Positions 7,948 to 14,145 of a DNA stretch of 14,145 nucleotides are shown one piece after another. The position numbers and the translations under genes are program-made. Origin of the DNA: a virus (lineage: Duplodnaviria; Heunggongvirae; Uroviricota; Caudoviricetes; Schitoviridae); the IMG/VR virus record IMGVR_UViG_2974642717_000001, positions 1 through 14,145 of that record. The stretch is one strand, 5' to 3'. Position 1 is the stretch's first letter. Each line of letters begins with the position of its first letter. Below the pieces are notes generated by a model. That model was not told the origin of the DNA. It was given only the letters and a program-made list of their open reading frames with translations, and searched no databases.

Positions 7948-10118
7948 ACAGATACAAGGGGACGTGCACTTCGAATGCAGCCCTAGTGAATAAGTACATA
8001 GGTACTGCTTATGATCACGTGAAGAATGTGTCAGATAACATTGAAGATGTTAAGACAGTGGCAGACGCACTAGGTGAGGACTTCCCTGATAATGGTTTAG
8101 ACATCTTAGTGGAGAATATCGATGATGTGGTAACAGTTGCTACAAATATTGATGATGTAATTACGGTTGCAGGTATTAGTGCGGATGTAACAACTGTTGC
8201 AGGTATTGAACAGGAGATCATTGATGTACCTAGCTATACAGCTCAAGCAATTGATGCTGCTAATGCCGCAGAACAGGATGCTACAGAAGCTGAAGCTTCT
8301 AACCTTAAAGCACAGAAGTGGGCTGAGGAAAACGAGGATGTTGAGGTAGACCCTGGCAAGTATTCTTCTAAGCACTGGGCCACAAAAGCTGAAGAGGTAG
8401 TATTGGATGCTGCTACTGAGACTTGGGTTGAAAGTGGTGCACCTGAGATTATAGCAACAGGCTCAACAACTCCACGTAGGCTTGATGATCGTTTTGCGGA
8501 TGAGGTTAATGTGAAGGACTTCGGCGCAGTAGGTGATGGCATTACAGATGATACAGCAGCAATACAAGCTGCTGTTGACTTAGCCTCTAACGTTAAGGGC
8601 GCAGTAATATTCCCTCACGGTATCTACCTTTTAGATACAATGACTGACGACTACTATGTAAACTTGAAACCTAATGTGAGTATCCATATTTTAGATGGAG
8701 CTAAGGTTATAGCAGGTACGGGGTATAATATAGGAACCTCAAAACTAAAAGCTATCTTTAATCAAGTAGACAGTGGGACATCTTTAGGCAACATATCTGT
8801 AAAAGGTGAGTTTGATTTCAATGGAACGAATAACCTAGTAACAGATGTAACTGGTACGAAGAATGCAGCTGTTTCTGTATTACGTGCTGAGTCAGTAGTT
8901 ATTAATATCAAAGCAACCAATCATGCTGGACGCCAAGTGGTTCAACTTGGGGATACTGCTAACACCATTAAAACGGTTATCATTGAGCGTCTTGAGTGCG
9001 AGAATGTAGGAGCAGGTCTTGCAGGTAATGTGAATCAAACGGATCATTCAAGTATCTATGCAGTGTGTGATGATCTCATTGTTAAGAGTATGTCAGTAAA
9101 AAATGATATTGAACCAACACAAACTGTAACTGCTCTTGAGACGCATTCGGTCAGAACATCAGTGAGTAACCTTCATACATCTAATGTAGGTATCTCAGTA
9201 ATCGTAGCCGCAGTTGAGCAAAACATTGAAAGTTTTGTAATGGATAACTGTGTGTTACGTGGAGATCAGATGCTTAATACGTGGACTTTCCCTGCTATGA
9301 CGTTAGATCACCTGCACGTTGGAGACAGTAACACATTTACTAAAACCTTTGGCACACTTTCAGTTGTAGATCTAAGCACTAACATGCAAGGTTCTGGTGA
9401 TAATGTGCGTATTGGAGCCATGTCGTTTAACAATACCAAACTCACCTATGACGCTGTAACTCCTGTTATCCTACTAGGTCGTTGGAGAACAACCAGTGTA
9501 GGTGAATGTGTAGTTGCAAGATGCGATGCACGTTTTATTCAAACTGGTAACATCTTTGATAACAATTCGTCTTTGTATGTTAGCGGTTCTATCACAGAAC
9601 ATACCAATCAAAACGCTGCACCCGGTTTTAACCAGTTGGTAAGGTTGTCTGGAGCGAATGCTTTCGCAACAGTTATTATTCAAGGTATGAAGGCCACACC
9701 TAAAAGCGGCTCTTCAAGCGCAACAGTAGGTATCTCGGTAGAGTGTCCCGTTAATACGAAAATGGATATTGTTGACAACGCCTTTAACGGCACTATTTCA
9801 ACAGATATTTTTGACAATAGTTCTCCTTCCCCGTCATCTAACTTCTACGTGCGTCACCGAGGAGACCTTGTTCCCGCCGCAGGTTTAAAAGCTAAGGCAG
9901 GTTCAGAAGTCTTTCTTGAAACTAGCGGTAATCTGTACCGACTAGAAGCTAATGGCTCAGACTGGAAACTTTTCCCTCTAGTTCCACGTACCTCTGTTGG
10001 CAACCCTATTGGAGCAATCCTGCCCAACCACGTAGGTGAAGAACTGCTAGGGGGAGGCGGCACTACTTGGTATAAATCTACAGGACTAACTAATAACGAT
10101 TGGGTAGCCCTAAATTAA
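7938..10118 (+). CDS. Anchored tailspike TSP3 (726 aa), gp66 position, beta-helix head
   Basis: GGAGG RBS; overlaps the adaptor gene end as gp67-gp66 are adjacent in N4. Anchor VNKYIGTAYDHVK; ATGSTTPRRLDDRFADEVNVKDFGAVGDGITDDTAAIQAA; C-terminal GNPIGAILPNHVGEE..WYKSTGLTNNDW module common at tailspike ends. Confidence 0.9.
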   Translation: MGVNRYKGTCTSNAALVNKYIGTAYDHVKNVSDNIEDVKTVADALGEDFPDNGLDILVENIDDVVTVATNIDDVITVAGISADVTTVAGIEQEIIDVPSYTAQAIDAANAAEQDATEAEASNLKAQKWAEENEDVEVDPGKYSSKHWATKAEEVVLDAATETWVESGAPEIIATGSTTPRRLDDRFADEVNVKDFGAVGDGITDDTAAIQAAVDLASNVKGAVIFPHGIYLLDTMTDDYYVNLKPNVSIHILDGAKVIAGTGYNIGTSKLKAIFNQVDSGTSLGNISVKGEFDFNGTNNLVTDVTGTKNAAVSVLRAESVVINIKATNHAGRQVVQLGDTANTIKTVIIERLECENVGAGLAGNVNQTDHSSIYAVCDDLIVKSMSVKNDIEPTQTVTALETHSVRTSVSNLHTSNVGISVIVAAVEQNIESFVMDNCVLRGDQMLNTWTFPAMTLDHLHVGDSNTFTKTFGTLSVVDLSTNMQGSGDNVRIGAMSFNNTKLTYDAVTPVILLGRWRTTSVGECVVARCDARFIQTGNIFDNNSSLYVSGSITEHTNQNAAPGFNQLVRLSGANAFATVIIQGMKATPKSGSSSATVGISVECPVNTKMDIVDNAFNGTISTDIFDNSSPSPSSNFYVRHRGDLVPAAGLKAKAGSEVFLETSGNLYRLEANGSDWKLFPLVPRTSVGNPIGAILPNHVGEELLGGGGTTWYKSTGLTNNDWVALN

Positions 10119-10125
10119 GGATAAT

Positions 10126-10173
10126 ATGAAAATCGACAAAGAATTGATGATCTATAGTAAGCGGGCTAATTAA
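10126..10173 (+). CDS. Possible 15-aa mini-ORF MKIDKELMIYSKRAN
   Basis: TAAGGA RBS overlapping the TSP3 stop, 4 nt before ATG; very short and may be a gene remnant or incidental. Confidence 0.3.
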   Translation: MKIDKELMIYSKRAN

Positions 10174-10184
10174 AGTTGGTCCCT
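10126..10184 (+). repeat. 59-nt two-hairpin element, copy 2 (more degenerate)
   Basis: Match to 5515-5573; hairpin B equivalent GGGCTAAT-TAAA-GTTGGTCC keeps 8 pairs (3 G-U) despite a changed sequence. Confidence 0.85.
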
Positions 10185-10185
10185 C

Positions 10186-10215
10186 AGAAACCCCCTATAA
10201 AGGGGGTTTTTCTTT
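10186..10215 (+). terminator. Rho-independent terminator after TSP3
   Basis: AGAAA-CCCCCT-ATAA-AGGGGG-TTTTTCTTT. Confidence 0.9.
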
Positions 10216-10258
10216 ATGTGGTAATGTATACTGCTTACTTTAAACAAGGAGAACATTT

Positions 10259-10708
10259 ATGTCAGATTGCATTAAAGTATCTATTGATGCTGATGTAGGC
10301 GCTACGCTTACATCTCCCAACTTCTTTTCTATTGAGGAATTGGTTCCACCGGGAGCTACAATTGCAGAGATTGAAGAAGGAATTCTTAACGGAACGTACA
10401 CACCTATCGATCCAAACCTCTATACCTATGAAGGTCTAGTTAAGTTGGACTATGGTCAACCGGTTGTTAACACTTTGACTATCACCATAGAGACAGTAAC
10501 CATTGATGGTTTTGATGAGCTTGGTAACCCAATCTCTACTGACTATGATGTGGTGATCTTTAAGATCTTGCCGGAGGATACAATGTTGTGGGAGAACAAA
10601 TCCTCTTGCTTACTATTTGATATCAAACGTACTGAGGTTGCAGACCCTACTAATATTGATATCTGGGTTAAGGGTAAAATCAATGTGTGCCCTGTAATTA
10701 CGGAGTAA
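10259..10708 (+). CDS. Putative virion/fibre-associated beta-sandwich protein (149 aa)
   Basis: AAGGAG RBS; acidic and beta-strand rich; lies directly before the collagen fibre gene. Function inferred from context only. Confidence 0.55.
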   Translation: MSDCIKVSIDADVGATLTSPNFFSIEELVPPGATIAEIEEGILNGTYTPIDPNLYTYEGLVKLDYGQPVVNTLTITIETVTIDGFDELGNPISTDYDVVIFKILPEDTMLWENKSSCLLFDIKRTEVADPTNIDIWVKGKINVCPVITE

Positions 10709-10712
10709 TCAT

Positions 10713-12407
10713 ATGGGAATGAACATAACTAACTCTCCGCAAGGAGAGTCTACTTTAGTAGTACAAGGTGGTACTCATGTTGTTGTGAGTGAACCGGATG
10801 TACTTGTATGTGGTAATGATGATCCTCAATTACTCAACGTTAACTATGAGAAAGCTACTGCCTGTATTAAACCTAACGGTACTTACTTACAAGGTCCGCC
10901 GGGTCCACCGGGGGATGATGGCGAGCAAGGGCCTAGAGGTTTCCAAGGTATTCAAGGTCCGGTAGGTCCGGGAGGTACAGGCCCAGAAGGTCCTCCGGGA
11001 GTAGATAGATATACTTGGATCAAGTATGCAGATTCTATTACTCCACCGCCTGAAGATATGTTTAATGAATCAGGGTACCAGTACATCGGTATTGCCCATA
11101 ACCAACTTGTTAATCAAGGTGGAGGTGATCCATCCGAATCAGATTACACTGTGTACCAGTGGAGTCAGATACTCGGTGTAGATGGTGACTCGATTGTAGG
11201 TCCTCCAGGCCCTCAAGGTTTGCCGGGGGAAGACGGTTCAGGTTTTAACTGGGTAGGTGCATTCCCATTTGATCCTACAGAAGTAGAACTGGGCAGACCT
11301 GTTGAAGAAGAGGATACTTACTACAATACTTCGGACGGTAATAGCTACCACTACTTCAATGGTGGATGGGAGATACTGGTAGGTACGGGAGAGGGTGCTG
11401 TAGGCCCTGCAGGCCCACTAGGAGGTAGTTTTGATTGGAAGGGTGACTCTGCTACCGATCTTAATAACCCTAACCGTAACTGGCTATACAGGAACACTGG
11501 GGATGATCTCTATTATACGTTTGATGGTACAGACTGGGTATTAGCTACTTCAGATGGTAGACCTAATATTACCGGTACACCTCTCATTGCTGGTAACCGG
11601 TTCTATACTACTTACTATTCAGGAACCACGCCTCCCCCTCCTACATTAGAGGGTATTGCAGATGGTTGGAATCCTAATCCTTCTTCCTTTGCTCCGGGGT
11701 CTATTACCCATGTAGCGCAGAAGATTGCTTTGAATCCTGCTGTTGGTGATTGGGGACCTGTAACTAATATAGAAACACTCCCGTTTAGAGGTCCTCACGG
11801 ATTTCGAGGTAGTGCTACAACCTCTGTGGGTATTACAGGTTGGGATGGAGTCTGGAATGATACTATTGCAGAGCAGTTCCTATCAGGTGCACCACAAGAG
11901 TTTGATATTGTTACGTTGTATCTAGAAGGTGATACCAGTGTGCAAGAGACCAGACGATTTAATAATCCAACAGGTACTGCATGGGTATGGGAACCATATA
12001 CTCCAGTAGTATTGGAAGCTGTGTTAGGTGATGTGGATATATTCTCACTACCTTTAGTATCCGGTACCCATACAAGTACAGTACGTAAGACTTATACAAT
12101 ACCTAGGAGCGTACAGAAGGACTACGTTGTTTCAGTATCTCCTATCGAAGTAGAGATAGATGAAGGTACTGGTACAGCTTCTGTTGTAGTGGATATTTCA
12201 TTGGATAGTGTGGTAGATGATAGCTCTACACTAACTAGAACAGGTAGGTCCCTAACAAAAGGTTTATTTACTACTATACCTCAAGGATCAGGCGATGTAG
12301 TATTGACACTTAACACTAGTATTACACTTACAGGAGACGCTAGTGCATCTATTAATGCACAGAAGATTCTATTTACTTATGCTGGTACGAATAACACTTT
12401 CAATTAA
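10713..12407 (+). CDS. Collagen-repeat-containing tail fibre/appendage (564 aa)
   Basis: GGAG RBS; three G-X-Y stretches; YTWIKYADS..YIGIAHNQ..DY..YQWSQILG module; two W-x-G..Y-x-N..YY..G..W repeats; beta-rich C-terminus. Confidence 0.8.
   Translation: MGMNITNSPQGESTLVVQGGTHVVVSEPDVLVCGNDDPQLLNVNYEKATACIKPNGTYLQGPPGPPGDDGEQGPRGFQGIQGPVGPGGTGPEGPPGVDRYTWIKYADSITPPPEDMFNESGYQYIGIAHNQLVNQGGGDPSESDYTVYQWSQILGVDGDSIVGPPGPQGLPGEDGSGFNWVGAFPFDPTEVELGRPVEEEDTYYNTSDGNSYHYFNGGWEILVGTGEGAVGPAGPLGGSFDWKGDSATDLNNPNRNWLYRNTGDDLYYTFDGTDWVLATSDGRPNITGTPLIAGNRFYTTYYSGTTPPPPTLEGIADGWNPNPSSFAPGSITHVAQKIALNPAVGDWGPVTNIETLPFRGPHGFRGSATTSVGITGWDGVWNDTIAEQFLSGAPQEFDIVTLYLEGDTSVQETRRFNNPTGTAWVWEPYTPVVLEAVLGDVDIFSLPLVSGTHTSTVRKTYTIPRSVQKDYVVSVSPIEVEIDEGTGTASVVVDISLDSVVDDSSTLTRTGRSLTKGLFTTIPQGSGDVVLTLNTSITLTGDASASINAQKILFTYAGTNNTFN
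10893..11006 (+). repeat. Collagen G-X-Y repeat
   Basis: GPP GPP GDD GEQ GPR GFQ GIQ GPV GP GGT GPE GPP GVD, with one register break. Confidence 0.9.
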
Positions 12408-12421
12408 ATGAGGATACAAAT

Positions 12422-12610
12422 ATGACTGGATTACTATTAGGAGTTTTTAAGAATGTTGGTGGCTATATCATTGGCAAGCTTCTTAAACCTGAGACAGCAG
12501 TGGAACTGCTACTAGACTTTGGTGACATCATTTCTAAACGTACAGATACAGATGTTGATGATAAAGCAATGCAAAGTGTACGGGAGGCTCTAGGCCATAA
12601 GGAGGACTAA
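12422..12610 (+). CDS. Small hypothetical protein (62 aa), possibly membrane-associated/lysis accessory
   Basis: GAGGA RBS; amphipathic N-terminus LLLGVFKNVGGYIIGKLL; KRTDTDVDDK motif; TAATG overlap with the next gene. Confidence 0.65.
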   Translation: MTGLLLGVFKNVGGYIIGKLLKPETAVELLLDFGDIISKRTDTDVDDKAMQSVREALGHKED

Positions 12611-12927
12611 TGGAATTATCAAGTTGGTTAAAATCCAATCTCCTTCCTTTACTAGTTGTCATTGGATCTTTTGTAGGTGTCTACTCTACCCTACAAGCAA
12701 ATATACACACACTTAATGCAGAGTACACTGAACTACGCGGTCATGTACTTTCACTGGATAGGGAGGTAAATAAGATCCCTGTACTTGAAAAAGAGATCGT
12801 AACATTAAAGGAGGATCTGGGAGAATTCAAACCAGTAATTGCCGATTTGGCAAGAGGGGTACACGGATTGAATGTTACTCTCGCCAGACTAGAAGGTAAG
12901 TTAGAAGCTGCCGATACGATAGAATAA
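12610..12927 (+). CDS. Single-TM coiled-coil protein, holin-like or spanin-like candidate (105 aa)
   Basis: AAGGAGG RBS; hydrophobic segment LLPLLVVIGSFVGVYSTL followed by heptad-like L/I/V pattern; last gene of the late unit, facing the endolysin. Confidence 0.55.
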   Translation: MELSSWLKSNLLPLLVVIGSFVGVYSTLQANIHTLNAEYTELRGHVLSLDREVNKIPVLEKEIVTLKEDLGEFKPVIADLARGVHGLNVTLARLEGKLEAADTIE

Positions 12928-12965
12928 TAAAAAGGAGCCCAATGTAGGCTCCTTATTTTTTATTA
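12925..12965. terminator. Bidirectional rho-independent terminator between convergent units
   Basis: TAATAAAA-AAGGAGCC-CAATGTA-GGCTCCTT-ATTTTTTATTA: 8-bp stem (12932-12939/12947-12954) with an A-run on one side and a T-run on the other. Confidence 0.9.
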
Positions 12966-13325
12966 GTAAGACCAGACGGTTTTAAATTCCCGCATATCTA
13001 AATGAATAAACCTAGCGTTACCTTTCTGATTAACACCAATACCTGTAAATCCTTTCTTAAATGCTAACTCCAATACTTGGTGAGCTCTCTCACGATCTAC
13101 TTTAATATCTACAGCAGCAATGTTGTGCTGTCCGGGTTTCTTCTTCTTAGCTTCTTCAGGGTGGTCACTACAACGGTAACCAGATGAGATAGCAAATGGG
13201 AAGCCTAACTCAGTTCGCATGTCTTGGATGATATCCATAAGTTCTACAAACTCTAAATTAGGGTTAGCTTCCCCACAGCAACGGCAGTTCAACTCCAAAT
13301 CTGTAAAATTAGGCCACACGTTCAT
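12963..13325 (-). CDS. Peptidase M15A-family Zn peptidase, probable endolysin (120 aa)
   Basis: NFTDLELNCRCCG, ISSGYRC, GQHNIAAVDI (His..Asp), FIHLD motifs; GGAG RBS inside the phoH 3' end; no signal peptide visible. Confidence 0.85.
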   Translation of the reverse strand: MNVWPNFTDLELNCRCCGEANPNLEFVELMDIIQDMRTELGFPFAISSGYRCSDHPEEAKKKKPGQHNIAAVDIKVDRERAHQVLELAFKKGFTGIGVNQKGNARFIHLDMREFKTVWSY

Positions 13326-14052
13326 AATCCAACTCCACTAGGCCCTCGGCCTCATCCCAACCCATGATAATATCCTTAACTGCTTCAGAACGAACGATGT
13401 CTTCGTAATCACAGAAGTCTACATGCTGAACTGTATCTTGCAGAAGGCGACTCTTGTTACGTAATTCAAGGAATTCTTTAACACCTGACTTAGTGATATC
13501 TACTTGATTAATATCACCACAGATAGTCATAGTTGAATTCTCACCAATACGTGTCATTAGGGTTTTAAGTTCTTTTAAGGTACAATCTTCTGCTTCATCT
13601 ACAATGATGAAAGCGTTATCCCATGAGTTACCTTTGGCAGTTTCAAGAGGACAGAACTCAATCATACCGATCTCTTCATTCAACATGTATTCAAGTTGAC
13701 CGGGAGAGAACTCTTTACGTAGGGTACCTAAGATAGGTTGTAGCCATTGAAGCATCTTATCTTCTTTGGTTCCTTTGAAGAAACCTAGAGAGTTAGATGC
13801 AGAAGCAGCTGGACGAATAAGTACGATCTTCTCAATGCCCTTTTGTTTAAGCCATAGTGAAGCTAATCGGGTAGGGATGTATGTCTTACCAGTACCGGCA
13901 TGACCAGTAGCAATGGTAATAGGAGTGTGCTTAATAGCATTCATGTAGCGGCTCTGTACTTCATTCTGTGGAGCTAGTGCGGTTGCAGCTTTAAATGACT
14001 CGTTTACTTTCTTTGCACGGGTATTTTTATCAGCTTGGGTTCGTTTAGTCAT
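13309..14052 (-). CDS. phoH: PhoH-family ATPase (247 aa)
   Basis: Walker A GHAGTGKT, IVLIRP..SLGFFKG..EDK, FIIVDEAED, TRIGENSTMTICGDINQVD, DIVRSEAVKDII; TAAGGA RBS. Confidence 0.95.
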   Translation of the reverse strand: MTKRTQADKNTRAKKVNESFKAATALAPQNEVQSRYMNAIKHTPITIATGHAGTGKTYIPTRLASLWLKQKGIEKIVLIRPAASASNSLGFFKGTKEDKMLQWLQPILGTLRKEFSPGQLEYMLNEEIGMIEFCPLETAKGNSWDNAFIIVDEAEDCTLKELKTLMTRIGENSTMTICGDINQVDITKSGVKEFLELRNKSRLLQDTVQHVDFCDYEDIVRSEAVKDIIMGWDEAEGLVELDYERVA

Positions 14053-14084
14053 ATTATAGTTTCCTTATCAGGGGCGATGGAGTT

Positions 14085-14113
14085 AAGATAAGCCTAATTC
14101 AAAATACTTTCAA
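14085..14113 (-). promoter_or_regulatory. Candidate sigma70 promoter for phoH-endolysin
   Basis: Minus strand TTGAAA (14113-14108), 17 nt, TATCTT (14090-14085). Confidence 0.6.
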
Positions 14114-14145
14114 CACTTAAAGGCAGGGGGCCTTAAATTTATGAA

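Noticed and set aside
92-9683. Minus-strand ORFs in the track (92..520, 810..1019, 1781..1969, 1991..2317, 3076..3276, 5074..5301, 6308..6562, 6694..7071, 8015..8221, 8106..8375, 8243..8542, 9474..9683) and 9854..10063
   Set aside because: All lie antisense to well-supported genes and have no recognisable motifs. The similarity between 3076..3276 and 8015..8221 is just the shadow of the duplicated anchor.
3014-12407. Diversity-generating retroelement or invertase (shufflon) control of the tail genes
   Set aside because: No reverse transcriptase or recombinase, no TR/VR pair with adenine-specific mismatches, all receptor-binding genes in one orientation, and the repeats are direct rather than inverted.
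14130-14145. Possible Pho box half-site (minus-strand TTCATAAAT) upstream of phoH
   Set aside because: A partial single match cut by the window edge; no tandem 11-bp repeat.
1-14145. CRISPR array, tRNA, rRNA, stop-codon reassignment
   Set aside because: No spacer-separated repeats or cloverleafs were seen, and the long ORFs read cleanly in the standard code using all three stop codons.

Overview
Late-region segment of an N4-like (Schitoviridae-type) phage. Plus strand: N4 gp69-like protein (putative terminase small subunit), three small ORFs (one a 36-aa Zn-ribbon ORF missing from the ORF track), terminase large subunit, anchored tailspike TSP1, a 59-aa ORF, anchorless beta-helix tailspike TSP2, a terminator, an N4 gp67-like head-tail adaptor, a second anchored tailspike TSP3, a terminator, a 149-aa structural-type protein, a collagen-containing fibre and two small lysis-like ORFs. 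These converge at a bidirectional terminator with a minus-strand phoH plus M15-peptidase (endolysin) unit. The most unusual signal: both anchored tailspikes are followed by the same 59-nt two-hairpin element and a homologous terminator. After TSP1 the slot between element and terminator holds TSP2; after TSP3 the two are adjacent, like filled and empty receptor-binding cassette sites. Family assignments rest on recalled motifs, with no database search run. The host cannot be determined from this window.
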